A stretch of 61,797 nucleotides of DNA, filler included, from Sanchytrium tribonematis (Eukaryota): assembly GCA_018985235.1 (NCBI GenBank). It is 7 parts of 7 records of this genome, joined end to end, with 100 filler letters (N's around TTAATTAATTAA, not from the genome) between each part and the next. Parts side by side here need not be neighbours in the genome. Positions count along the whole stretch, not along the records: positions 17,787 to 26,549 come from JADGIG010000361.1; positions 26,650 to 35,398 come from JADGIG010000362.1; 5 more parts are not named here. The stretch is one strand, 5' to 3'. The notes beneath the pieces were generated by a model, which ran no database searches, had not been told where the DNA came from, and saw nothing but the letters and a program-made list of their open reading frames with translations. Positions 23,455 to 33,701 of this stretch are shown here, one piece after another (the stretch's first letter is position 1; each line of letters begins with the position of its first letter). Both the position numbers and the translations under genes were made by a program.

Positions 23455-23772
23455 TTATTTACTGATTATGTTAGCGAAGACCTTATCGCAAAAATTTCCC
23501 ATATCAACATCCTTTGAACTACAACCCTGACAATCATGTGTTGTCCATGTAACTTGTACCTTGTTGTAAACATTAAACCATTCGGGATGGTGTTGCTTGT
23601 CTTCTGCAACGTCTGCAATCTCTGTCATAAATTTGAATGCTTCCTTAAAGTTATCAAAAATGTATTCTTTTGCGATAGCATCCCTAGAAGGCATTGTATC
23701 TTTCCATCCATTGCTTATAAGCGGTGCCAAGGATACTGTTCTATTAGACAATTTTGTCGGAATCGAGGACAT
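23455..23772 (-). CDS. PCBD1: Pterin-4-alpha-carbinolamine dehydratase
   Basis: HHPEWFNVYNKV..TTHD. Confidence 0.95.
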   Translation of the reverse strand: MSSIPTKLSNRTVSLAPLISNGWKDTMPSRDAIAKEYIFDNFKEAFKFMTEIADVAEDKQHHPEWFNVYNKVQVTWTTHDCQGCSSKDVDMGNFCDKVFANIISK

Positions 23773-23815
23773 GAATTGAGAGGGGAAGTTTCTTTACAAA
23801 ATATTCAAGTATTGA

Positions 23816-25834
23816 ATGACAATTGCGCCAATAAAAATTAGGGCCCATCGTGCTGTCGTAACTAGTGAAGATTTTCTGGAACTCGAGACTGCATTTAAAT
23901 TAATTGTAAATGGTGAAAAGTCTTCTCTAAGTTTTCAAAAACTTTACAGAATTTGTTGGAATGCTGTTCTAAATAATCAAGCGGACATTGTTTATGAAAT
24001 GCAAAAAACCATTATAATCGACAAAATGGATGAATTTAAATCAAAATCGAAGACTTTCGAAGGGATTTTGGATACGTGGAATGAAGCTAAAATATTTCTT
24101 AAATGTTTCCACGATGTCACACTCTATTTGCACAAAAACTATGTTAATCGCAAGAAGCTACTAAATATAGTTAATTTTGGCTACAACCAATATGCCCAAA
24201 TAGTCATAATGTATAATGAAACAAATTTTCATAATCTTTACAGAGCATCAATTCTTAAATTTTTAAATGGCGAGAATGACGAAGAGCAGCTGGCTAAAAT
24301 CTTTGAAGTTTTGACATTATGCCACTATAATAACGAGCCTTTTTTTGAATACTTTAAGGAGATCGTGACTCAAACATTTACCTCATTTCTCAAAAATATT
24401 GACGATAAATGTGGATTTGAATATTTTGGATCTTTGGAGGGGTTTTTAAATCGGCTAGAGTCTCAATCAAGCAAGTTTTTAGGTCAGGACTATTTAAAGC
24501 TGTTAATTGTTGAACTTGGTACTAATCTTATCTCAAATATGTCCACAAAATTAGATTTTATAATCTCGGATGACAATGCTAACAAGATATCGGTGATCTA
24601 TACTTTTGCTACTTATTCTACAGAGTTGCAATTAAAATTTTCTGACGTTTTGATATCAAAATTTGACCATTTTTTGCAATTGGAGATTCCAAACACAAGG
24701 AAAGAATGTCTTTTGAGATATTGTGAGCAAATATTGGACTTGCACAAGATTTCCGCAGTAATTTTAAAAAGTTGCAGAAATGATGTTTTAATAGATTCTA
24801 AATTATTTAAAATCTTTTCTAAGAAATTATCGGCTCAGGAAAATTCTTGTGTTGCTATCAATGCGTATTTGAATGAAATTATATCCGGGAAACTGGAGAA
24901 ATCAATCGATGATGCTCTTGTTTTATTTAAATTATACCCCGAAAAAGATTATTTCAATTCCTGTTATACTGAACTTTTGAGCAAAAGGCTGTTGTCATTA
25001 AGATCTCCAAATTTTGAGCTAGAAATGCTTGTTGTTACTAACTTCAAAACAATTTGTGGATCTTCCTATGTTTTCAAAATGGAAAGTATGATTCAAGATA
25101 TAATTGTGTCGAATGAAATGCTTTTGTCTAATCAATGTAAAGATGCATCTCCTAGAGTGCTGACCTTAGCTTCTTGGCCATATGACAGTAAAGATCAAAT
25201 GCCAGCTCGCTTGAGAAGCCAATTGAGTGACTTCGAATGCTTTTATTCTGAAAAATATCCTAATAGGAAATTGCACTGGGATATTACTTTGGGTGTTTCC
25301 ATTTTAAAAGCTACTTTTGATAAAGAGTATGAATTTCAGCTCTCATCGCTTCAAATGGCAATTCTAATGCTTTTCAATGAGAAGCCCATGTGGAATTTTT
25401 CTGAGTTATCTCGTGAAGTGTGTGTTCCTTCAGAAGAACTGGGGCTTCACATATTGCCATTATGTATGTCTAAAACCCAAATTTTAATCAAGAACCCATT
25501 AAAAAAGTTATGCTTGGATGATGATACTTATGAGATTAATGTCAATTTCTCGCACCCTGCTTTTAGAATTAAAATTCAAGTCTTGCCCAGTCAGTCTCAA
25601 CAAAAAGTTGCAGAAGAAGATCGAACTTTTCAGGTTGAAGCTGTCATTATTCGCCTTATGAAAACTCACAAGCTGTTGGAACACAATTCTCTGATTTCAC
25701 AAATTATCGAAAATTTGGAACCTATTTTTAATCCTGATATTTCGATGATAAAAATGTGCATAGGGCAATTGATTGAAAGAGACTTTATAAAACGCCAAGA
25801 GAGCAATAAGAATTTTTATGAATATGTAGCTTGA
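23816..25834 (+). CDS. Cullin (Cul3-like)
   Basis: LSFQKLYR, EKDYF..Y...LSKRLL, neddylation motif EAVIIRLMK, C-terminal YEYVA. Confidence 0.92.
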   Translation: MTIAPIKIRAHRAVVTSEDFLELETAFKLIVNGEKSSLSFQKLYRICWNAVLNNQADIVYEMQKTIIIDKMDEFKSKSKTFEGILDTWNEAKIFLKCFHDVTLYLHKNYVNRKKLLNIVNFGYNQYAQIVIMYNETNFHNLYRASILKFLNGENDEEQLAKIFEVLTLCHYNNEPFFEYFKEIVTQTFTSFLKNIDDKCGFEYFGSLEGFLNRLESQSSKFLGQDYLKLLIVELGTNLISNMSTKLDFIISDDNANKISVIYTFATYSTELQLKFSDVLISKFDHFLQLEIPNTRKECLLRYCEQILDLHKISAVILKSCRNDVLIDSKLFKIFSKKLSAQENSCVAINAYLNEIISGKLEKSIDDALVLFKLYPEKDYFNSCYTELLSKRLLSLRSPNFELEMLVVTNFKTICGSSYVFKMESMIQDIIVSNEMLLSNQCKDASPRVLTLASWPYDSKDQMPARLRSQLSDFECFYSEKYPNRKLHWDITLGVSILKATFDKEYEFQLSSLQMAILMLFNEKPMWNFSELSREVCVPSEELGLHILPLCMSKTQILIKNPLKKLCLDDDTYEINVNFSHPAFRIKIQVLPSQSQQKVAEEDRTFQVEAVIIRLMKTHKLLEHNSLISQIIENLEPIFNPDISMIKMCIGQLIERDFIKRQESNKNFYEYVA

Positions 25835-25842
25835 TTTATTTA

Positions 25843-26160
25843 TCATTTTTGACCCAAGGCTTCTAATAAATCTAATTTTGTAACTGTTAATAAATTTAGT
25901 AGCGTGTCAACCTTGAACTTTAATTCTTCATTTTCCCTTTGAAGAACATCCAATTTCTTTTTATCTATACCACTTCCTGGGATATTAGATTTATTATTTG
26001 TAGTTCCATTTACATTCCATACGCCATTTTCATAAACTAGTTCATTTCCTTGAAGCGTAAGGTGAATAGGATACTGGGTGTCTTCAGCATATGGAGATTT
26101 AGGTGCGCCTCCTTCGCTGAAATGCCTACTTCTTCTTTTTATAGAATCCATGGAATACAT
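25843..26160 (-). CDS. CBY1: Chibby-family basal-body protein
   Basis: LTLQGNELVYENGVW and coiled coil LQRENEELKFKVDTLLNLL match the Chibby signature. Confidence 0.8.
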   Translation of the reverse strand: MYSMDSIKRRSRHFSEGGAPKSPYAEDTQYPIHLTLQGNELVYENGVWNVNGTTNNKSNIPGSGIDKKKLDVLQRENEELKFKVDTLLNLLTVTKLDLLEALGQK

Positions 26161-26549
26161 TTTTCGAGTTTTAACCTGTGGCTTGGCTGTATATCGTAAA
26201 TTTTGATCTAGATAGAATCGAAGTTCTTTTATTTATTTCCAATTACAGCTCTATAAGCTATGTGAATTTACTAGGTTGGAATTTTCTAGTTCTAGTATTA
26301 AATTTTTTGAGGGTTGTCACCCAAAATTCGGAGAGCATGTTATACTTTTTTAATATTGTAAGAGCAACTCAAGGGTTTTGATTCCATTTCTTACAAATTT
26401 ACTTTTTAAAGTCTACTTTCAGTCAACATAACAACATTTTGAAACAAATTTATTTTAATGGTCAACGAATATCAAAAGGCACCCAAAGAACTCATTTTGC
26501 AACTGAAGACTTTATACATTCATAAAAAATTTATCCAGCTTAATAAGGT

Positions 26550-26649
26550 NNNNNNNNNNNNNNNNNNNNNNNNNNNNNNNNNNNNNNNNNNNNTTAATTA
26601 ATTAANNNNNNNNNNNNNNNNNNNNNNNNNNNNNNNNNNNNNNNNNNNN
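26550..26649. other. Artificial contig spacer
   Basis: N44-TTAATTAATTAA-N44. Confidence 0.99.
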
Positions 26650-27615
26650 CAATAAATGCTGCAATTCTCGTGCAAAATTCAAGTTCAAGCTGTGTTTAAT
26701 CAGAAACGATAAAGAAGGGTATTCAGAATAATCAAGTTGTACTTGATGGATGCACTTTTCAATGCACTTTGTATACTCCGTTTTAGTCTTTGGTGCGCTA
26801 TTTTCATTTTCAATTTTGGTAAATTCTCCATTAAATGCAATTGTGAATTCTCCAACAAACTCAGTATAATCAGATCGAGGGAAGTTGATGGACTTGAGTA
26901 AATAATAAAGCGGATCTTTAATTTCATCTTGATTTACAAAATGGTACGAATCATCAACAAAAGTCTCTAAAACACCTGAGAGAACTTCCTTGACAGTGCT
27001 ATTTGGCCCATAATAAAAGTAATACCTTAAAACAAAAGCTTGAGACCAATTAATAAACACAGGTTCTTTCCAGGGATTACCACTAGTAAGAGCTTGTAAA
27101 AAGGATGCCACATCATTCTTATTGGCAATAAAAATTTGCTGGTTATATTCTTGAACTTCAGTTGAAGCATTAAATGCACTTGAAATGGCAATCGCCAAAT
27201 GATAATTTTGATGGTCCAATAATGTTTGACAGCCTTCTTCGATCTTACCACAGCATATCAAATAAAGGCACCGATGATATGGGTCGTCTGTATCAATATT
27301 TAATAAATGGTTATAATCACAAAGGCACTCTACCAAATCGTGATGTTGAATCATTTTGTTATTCAAGTCTATATCCTTGACAATACTCAAAAGTCTCAAA
27401 AGATAGTGTGACTTCTGGTCGTATACACAATCATAAAGATTCTCAAGAGGGATATGCAATAATTTTGGTAATTCGCCCAATTTCAAAGATGGAATTAAAG
27501 GCATAAATGATTTTTGTAAATAGTGAGGCTCTATAAATGGTATTTCTTTGGTTAAAGCCGATATGCTTTCTACTTTCTTGACAGGTGTATCTAGCATTGG
27601 AGTTTGCAATCTCAT
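26650..27615 (-). CDS. NUP96: Nup96-like nucleoporin as a stand-alone ORF, 3' truncated
   Basis: GKIEEGC...NYHLAIAIS, NWSQAFVLRYYF, KDPLYYLLK resemble the Nup96 domain. Confidence 0.65.
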
Positions 27616-27793
27616 TTTATTTGTTTTCAGGAGAAAACGTCGATGAAATTAAAAGCTTGTTGGAGTTCCATGTAAATTAAATTTATTTAGATTAGAATCG
27701 GAATGCAAGTAAACAAATTTAACGCCTCAAATTAAAGTTAAACATTTAAATTAGATATTTGCCAATTTATGAAATCTCCTTGTTACTTTGCCG

Positions 27794-29407
27794 ATGATTG
27801 AAATCAAAAGCACTTCAGAAACTAAACAGGTTGAAGCTCAAATTTTGACTCAAGAATGTCTAGAATTTCTTACTCATTTGCAAAAAACGTTCAATCCAAT
27901 TCGATTAGAGCTTCTCAAGGCTCGTCAAGCCAAATTCGATAAGCATCCCAATTTGCAATTTTTGCCAGAAACAGAGTATATTCGTAAGGGCACCTGGAAA
28001 TGTGCCCCACCTGCTCCTGGACTCGTAGATAGAAGAGTAGAAATTACGGGGCCTGTAAATCGCAAGATGGTTATAAATGCCTTGAATAGTGGAGCTACTC
28101 AATTTATGGCAGATTTTGAGGATGCAACTTCTCCAAAATGGATCAATATCATTGAAGGACAATTAAATTTACACGATGCTGTTTTCAAAAGAATCACCGT
28201 GCAGGATAAAGGAAAATCTTACAAATTAAACGACAAAATTGCTACTTTGTTGGTCCGCCCTAGAGGCTTGCATATGTCAGAAACACACCTGGTTATCGAC
28301 GGACGACCTATGTCTGCTTCTCTCTTTGATTTTGGTGTGTATTTTTTTCACAACGCCCATCAGCTGGTCCAAAATGGTGCAGGGCCATATTTTTATTGCC
28401 CAAAGTTGGAGCATCATTTTGAAGCACAATGGTGGAATGATGTTTTTAATGTTTCCCAAGATTTACTCAAAATCCCGCGTGGCACTATACGCGCAACCGT
28501 TTTGATTGAAACCATTCATGCGGCATACCAAATGGAAGAAATCCTTTATCAATTGAAAGACCACTCCAGCGGATTAAATTGTGGAAGATGGGATTACATT
28601 TTCAGCGTAATGAAATATTTTAGAAATGATCCAGCCTATATCTTACCAAATAGAGATCAAGTGACTATGGGTGTCCCATTTATGAAAGCCTACGTAGATT
28701 TGTTAATCCAAATTTGTCACAACAGACAAGTCCATGCCATGGGAGGTATGGCAGCACACATTCCTGTAAAGGACAATGACGCACTTCATCAAAAGAACTT
28801 GGACAAAGTTTTTCAAGATAAAACCCGAGAAGTTTTAGCTGGTCATGATGGAACTTGGGTGGCTCATCCTGCCTTGGTTAAAATCGCAAAGGATGTGTTC
28901 GATGAGAAAATGCCGACACCGCACCAGCTACATAAAAGAACAGTCGCAACTGTCAAAGAAAGCGATTTGGTCAATATGAATATTGCAAATGGTGAAATCA
29001 CTATGGAAGGTGTCAAAGAAAATGTTTTTGTCTGTCTTTCTTACATGAGTGCGTGGATTGCTGGAAGAGGTGCTGTTCCAATTCATCATTTGATGGAAGA
29101 TGCAGCTACGTGTGAAATCAGTCGCTCTCAATTATGGATGTGGGTCAGACACCATGTATCTACTAAAGAAGGTACTTTGGTCAGTAAAACATTGGCAGAC
29201 CAATTGATTGACCAAGTGTTTTCCGAGATCCCAGGATGTGATGTCAAGGCAAAAGAGCTGTTGAAAGCAATGACAACTGGTCAAGAAGGAATTGTGAATG
29301 TCAAGGGCTGCAATCTGAAGGAGATGGTGGGATATCCACTCTTTGTTACTGACGTTATGCATCTAGAATTGGAGCCGGTAAATGAAATTCATGTTAGTAA
29401 ATTATAG
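27794..29407 (+). CDS. MLS1: Malate synthase, peroxisomal (PTS1 -SKL)
   Basis: DRRVEITGP, GLNCGRWDYIFS, HLMEDAATCEISRSQLW, C-terminal SKL. Confidence 0.98.
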   Translation: MIEIKSTSETKQVEAQILTQECLEFLTHLQKTFNPIRLELLKARQAKFDKHPNLQFLPETEYIRKGTWKCAPPAPGLVDRRVEITGPVNRKMVINALNSGATQFMADFEDATSPKWINIIEGQLNLHDAVFKRITVQDKGKSYKLNDKIATLLVRPRGLHMSETHLVIDGRPMSASLFDFGVYFFHNAHQLVQNGAGPYFYCPKLEHHFEAQWWNDVFNVSQDLLKIPRGTIRATVLIETIHAAYQMEEILYQLKDHSSGLNCGRWDYIFSVMKYFRNDPAYILPNRDQVTMGVPFMKAYVDLLIQICHNRQVHAMGGMAAHIPVKDNDALHQKNLDKVFQDKTREVLAGHDGTWVAHPALVKIAKDVFDEKMPTPHQLHKRTVATVKESDLVNMNIANGEITMEGVKENVFVCLSYMSAWIAGRGAVPIHHLMEDAATCEISRSQLWMWVRHHVSTKEGTLVSKTLADQLIDQVFSEIPGCDVKAKELLKAMTTGQEGIVNVKGCNLKEMVGYPLFVTDVMHLELEPVNEIHVSKL

Positions 29408-29467
29408 GTTGGCTAAGTTATTTTTCTCCATCATTTTTATGAGGTAAATATATTTATTTAGATGATG

Positions 29468-30775
29468 CTAATGCTCTCTGCAATTTGAGCAAGGTATACT
29501 CTTCTTTCCACGCATTGCGGTTTCCATGATATTTTTAAATGGAAACAAGTCTGGCAAATTAATTATGTGCGAGAAATCATTGTAAAATTCTTTCGTTTGT
29601 ATGCGACAAAAAACATGTAAATTATCAACAAATGAATAGCTGTAGAATCCAGTGGGCGAGCGACGTGTATTTTTTATGATCAAGAGAGGCTCGTTAATTC
29701 CTATCTCGATTACCACTGGGAACGAGGACTGTCGACAATACTGCAGGGTATCAGATATTTTTGACTCTGTAATATTAGTTAAATAAAATGAAAAGACAAT
29801 GGATTCGTATTCTACATATGATGGTGGAATACTACCATATTTCCCCCAGATTTCGCACTTCATTTTTTTTATATTTGAAGGTGGATTGAATTTGCCACAA
29901 ATTTGCAAAGAGTCTAATTTTAATGGGAAGAAATCAAAATCTAAATCAGGGATTTGATCAACTGGGACCTCAGCATGGAAAAAGTCCAGGTCGTGTTCAA
30001 GCACTAACTCTTTAAGATGAGGGAAAAGATAAGCTAAATACTCAGTTATGTCGTCCCGAGTATATGTCGAAATCAGCAGCGATGTAACATACTCAAACGG
30101 CTGATCCATTTCTGCCAAGCCCTCTTCCTCGTTAGCTAAAAATTTTTCACAATCGCCAATTAATTTTAATTCTGTAATATTTGGCAATGCGTTTAATGTG
30201 AGAGGTAAATCAAAATGCCCAAATGGAACTATCAGAGACCTCAAACTACGGAAAGAATGTAGGCAATCGAGTACATTGTCTACGCATAAATCTTGTAATT
30301 TTAATATTTTCACTTTATCGATAGGCATACATACAATATTTTCTTCGAGATCATCACAATGCCCAATAATTGTCAACTTCTCCACACTTGGAAACATTAA
30401 ATGACTAATGCAATCAAGAAAATTGTGCTCAGACACATCTATGGCGAGTTCTCTAACAAAAAGTTTTGAACGAAATTTATCGCAACCACAAGCACAAAAT
30501 TCGTCTATTGGTAAAGTCACTGATTTAAAACAATATTTTTTGTATTCATGCGTCAATTTTCTATTTACCAGATACATACTTTCTGGACAATAACTGAATA
30601 TTTTTAAAAGAATGTCTTCACACAAAATGTGCCCTTTTGCAAAAATACATGCCAGCATTGATTCTACTATTGCATAGTCCAACTGTGTGATATTAGCGAT
30701 TTCAGTGAGTGGCATGCCTATATTAATCATCCTTTTGATGATGTTGCACACTTCATCAGAAATTTGAACGTGCAT
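29468..30775 (-). CDS. F-box/LRR-like protein with an N-terminal HTH-like segment
   Basis: LCEDILLKIFSYC F-box-like motif followed by LxxLxL repeats. Confidence 0.6.
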   Translation of the reverse strand: MHVQISDEVCNIIKRMINIGMPLTEIANITQLDYAIVESMLACIFAKGHILCEDILLKIFSYCPESMYLVNRKLTHEYKKYCFKSVTLPIDEFCACGCDKFRSKLFVRELAIDVSEHNFLDCISHLMFPSVEKLTIIGHCDDLEENIVCMPIDKVKILKLQDLCVDNVLDCLHSFRSLRSLIVPFGHFDLPLTLNALPNITELKLIGDCEKFLANEEEGLAEMDQPFEYVTSLLISTYTRDDITEYLAYLFPHLKELVLEHDLDFFHAEVPVDQIPDLDFDFFPLKLDSLQICGKFNPPSNIKKMKCEIWGKYGSIPPSYVEYESIVFSFYLTNITESKISDTLQYCRQSSFPVVIEIGINEPLLIIKNTRRSPTGFYSYSFVDNLHVFCRIQTKEFYNDFSHIINLPDLFPFKNIMETAMRGKKSIPCSNCREH

Positions 30776-30865
30776 GTTTCAAGTTTGATGAGCGTGACCC
30801 GAGAATAAATTAGATTGCAAATGGCACAATCTAAATGATTATATGAATATTTTCAACTTTATTTA

Positions 30866-33367
30866 TTACAAATGATCTAACTGATAAACCCACACCCCAT
30901 TTTCGTAAGAAACATATCTTTGAATATTCAAATTTTTAAGTTTTAATTCATACTTTTTGTACAATTCATGCTCTGTGTCTCTGATTTCCTTTTTAGTTTG
31001 CCTATCTCTTGGCCAAATGCTTTCCATAGTTACAAGAATAGGCACATTAAGTCCAGAGCCTTCTTCAGGAGTGTAATCGTCTTCAGGATATACGATAATT
31101 TCTCTATCCTTAATTTGGATCAGCTCATTGAATATTTTCGTTAAAAGTTCAGATAAACGAAGACCTGAGTATTCATCTTCATATTTATCGCTTACTGGAT
31201 TCATCAAGTCTACAGGCTTTGTAAAATTGATCATTCCAACTCCTGGTACTCTAATATTTAAATTTGGAACCTTATAATTTGGAGCTTTGGCCATATTTTC
31301 TGCAATCTCTTGAATAGGAGGTGTGATTATCAAGTTCTCCGGTAACTTAATTTTTGGATCTTCAATTGGAAAAGAGGACTTTGGATGTGTAATTGGGCTT
31401 TCAGGTTCTACATTTTTCTTTGTAGATGCCATGGGTTTAGTAGGAGTCTGCATATCCACACTTTCTATCAACTTCAATTTTGATTTTGCTTCAGGAGTTA
31501 AATGCAAAGCTTTGGGGCTCGATTTGAACATGTCCATCGTAACATTCAAATTGTTAGATAATTTTGCATCTTCTGAGACTGAATGTGGATCTTGCATCCG
31601 TTTTTGAGGGCTAAAAATGACAGTAGATTTGTAGCGACTACTGACTTGTGGTTGTCTTTTGATGCTTGCTGGTAATCGTTCACTCTTCTTTTCTCTTCTG
31701 AGATTTGGAGACTGCTTTATTGGGGTATCTAATAAAGGACTATTCCCATATGGCATTTGGTCGACTCTGGCAACAAGTTTATTATCTGGAGTGACAGGAT
31801 TTTGTTGGTTTTGAGGTTGAAAAGAAGTCGGCTGACTTGGTTGCCCAAGACTAAAAGCTGGTTTTTGGGTGTTGAAGCCGCCAAATGATGGCTGCGTTGT
31901 TGGTACATTAAATGATGTAGTTGGCTGAGTGGTAGCAGTTGTGTTATTCGTTCCGAATTGTAGTTTAGGTGGTTGATTTGGAGTTGAAAATGTATTTGTA
32001 TTAGATTGTCCAAAGCTAGGTGTTGGTGTTCCAAATGTGGGCTTATTCAAAGAATTGTTAAAAGCGTTGGATTGAAATCCAGAGGTAGCTGCTGGTTGTG
32101 TTTGACCAAAAGTGGACGTTCCAGTTCCAAAGCTGGGTGCTGTAGTAGTTTGGCCAAAACCGGAAGTATTTCCAAGAGTCGTGGAGGGCTGGTTGAAAGA
32201 AGAGTTCGTTCCAAATCCCGATTGTTGAGGTTGTTGTCCAAATCCAGTTGTAGTATTAGAAGTCGCACCTTGACCAAATCCTGGAGTAGAAAAAGTGTTG
32301 GTTGCTGTTTGACCAAATGCAGGTTTTTGACCAAATGCAGAGGTTGTATTACTGGTTCCAAAACCAGTTGTAGTGTTGGTATTCGAAGTAGAACCAAAAC
32401 CACCAAAACTGGGTGCAGTGCTTTGAAATGTATTTGTATTGGTAGGAGCTCCAAATGTTGATGGTTGATTGAAAGAGCTTGTATTTGTTTGCCCAAAGCC
32501 CGTTGTTGTAGAAGGGTTTGTAAAACCACCAAAACCGGTGGCGGATGGACCTGATTTCTTATTTAATTGATAATCTTTGACTCTGAGTTCCTCCAAAGAG
32601 AAATTCTCATATTGCTTGTCTGCAGTGATAGTTTGATAATACCCATCGCTGGTAGAAGTGGGGTTCCAATTCGGCTTAGTGCCTTCATTTATACCCATTC
32701 CACCAGTATTGAACCCTCCAAACGAAGGTTGGGTATTTTGCCCCAGTGTTCCGCCAAAAGACGGCTTAGCAGCTCCGAACCCACCAAAACCACCGGTGTT
32801 AGCTTGGCCGAAGCCAGTATTTGATGTAGAACCAAAACCGGTAGTGTTAGTTTGACCAAATCCTGCAGTAGAGCTTTGGCCAAAACCGGTGGTAGTTGGC
32901 TGACCAAAGCCACTGGTGTTGTTTTGACCAAATCCAGAAGTGGTAGTCGAACCGAAGCCAGTGGTCGAAGGTTGGCCAAATCCACTTGTCGTCTGACCAA
33001 ATCCGGTATTAGAAGGTTGACCAAAAGTATTGTTTCCACCAAATCCTGTATTTTGCTGAGGTTGTCCAAAAGTAGATGTTGTAGACCCAAATCCGCCAGT
33101 TTGTGCAGGTTGCCCAAATGTGCTTGTGCCTCCAAAACCTGTCGTTGCAGGTCTACCAAATGCACTGTTCGTCGAGCCAAACCCTGAAGTTTGTGGCTGG
33201 CCAAATCCTCCTGGTTGCTGCTGAGTTTGTCCAAATGTACTGTTGCCAAAAGTAGATTGGCCAAAAGCTGACTGAGTTGGCCTTTGCTGTCCAAATCCTG
33301 TATTGTTAGACCCAAAAGTATTCGAAGCTGGTCTATTGTTGTTGTTATTAAATGAAAATGAACTCAT
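30866..33367 (-). CDS. NUP98: Nup98-like FG nucleoporin (FG repeats, GLEBS, autoprotease domain)
   Basis: Dense GFG/FG repeats, YQTITADKQYENFSLEELRVKDY, IVYPED...GSGLNVP...GVWVYQLDHL-stop. Confidence 0.93.
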   Translation of the reverse strand: MSSFSFNNNNNRPASNTFGSNNTGFGQQRPTQSAFGQSTFGNSTFGQTQQQPGGFGQPQTSGFGSTNSAFGRPATTGFGGTSTFGQPAQTGGFGSTTSTFGQPQQNTGFGGNNTFGQPSNTGFGQTTSGFGQPSTTGFGSTTTSGFGQNNTSGFGQPTTTGFGQSSTAGFGQTNTTGFGSTSNTGFGQANTGGFGGFGAAKPSFGGTLGQNTQPSFGGFNTGGMGINEGTKPNWNPTSTSDGYYQTITADKQYENFSLEELRVKDYQLNKKSGPSATGFGGFTNPSTTTGFGQTNTSSFNQPSTFGAPTNTNTFQSTAPSFGGFGSTSNTNTTTGFGTSNTTSAFGQKPAFGQTATNTFSTPGFGQGATSNTTTGFGQQPQQSGFGTNSSFNQPSTTLGNTSGFGQTTTAPSFGTGTSTFGQTQPAATSGFQSNAFNNSLNKPTFGTPTPSFGQSNTNTFSTPNQPPKLQFGTNNTTATTQPTTSFNVPTTQPSFGGFNTQKPAFSLGQPSQPTSFQPQNQQNPVTPDNKLVARVDQMPYGNSPLLDTPIKQSPNLRREKKSERLPASIKRQPQVSSRYKSTVIFSPQKRMQDPHSVSEDAKLSNNLNVTMDMFKSSPKALHLTPEAKSKLKLIESVDMQTPTKPMASTKKNVEPESPITHPKSSFPIEDPKIKLPENLIITPPIQEIAENMAKAPNYKVPNLNIRVPGVGMINFTKPVDLMNPVSDKYEDEYSGLRLSELLTKIFNELIQIKDREIIVYPEDDYTPEEGSGLNVPILVTMESIWPRDRQTKKEIRDTEHELYKKYELKLKNLNIQRYVSYENGVWVYQLDHL

Positions 33368-33701
33368 ATAAATGCAAGATTGTAAACAAGGAGCAAGCCC
33401 AAAAATTATAAGTTTTAGAAATGAAAATCAATCAAAGGATTAAGGATGTTTACTAATTTACTACATAATTCTTTCCCCCAAAAGTAAAAGATTTCTCTTG
33501 ATATTTGTTTTATGTTGTGAATCAAATGTGACTGGACTTTCTGGTGTCTTCAATATGTTTCGCAAGATATAAGTTCCTCAAATTTATAAATTTCATTTAG
33601 TCGCCATTGGTTTGTGACATCGAATGAATTCATGTTCATGGCAATTGTGTCAATATTTATTTTTGAGAAAAGTTTATTTTAAGGAGTAGTTGCGAAATCA
33701 A

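Noticed and set aside
30831..30869. 39-nt GT...AG that could splice out the Nup98 stop
   Set aside because: The spliced product stops about 15 codons later, does not restore HFS, and the length does not fit the 19-nt class
31729..33315. Overlapping alternative-frame ORFs and repeats within Nup98
   Set aside because: Shadows of low-complexity FG-repeat coding sequence; not a CRISPR array or separate genes
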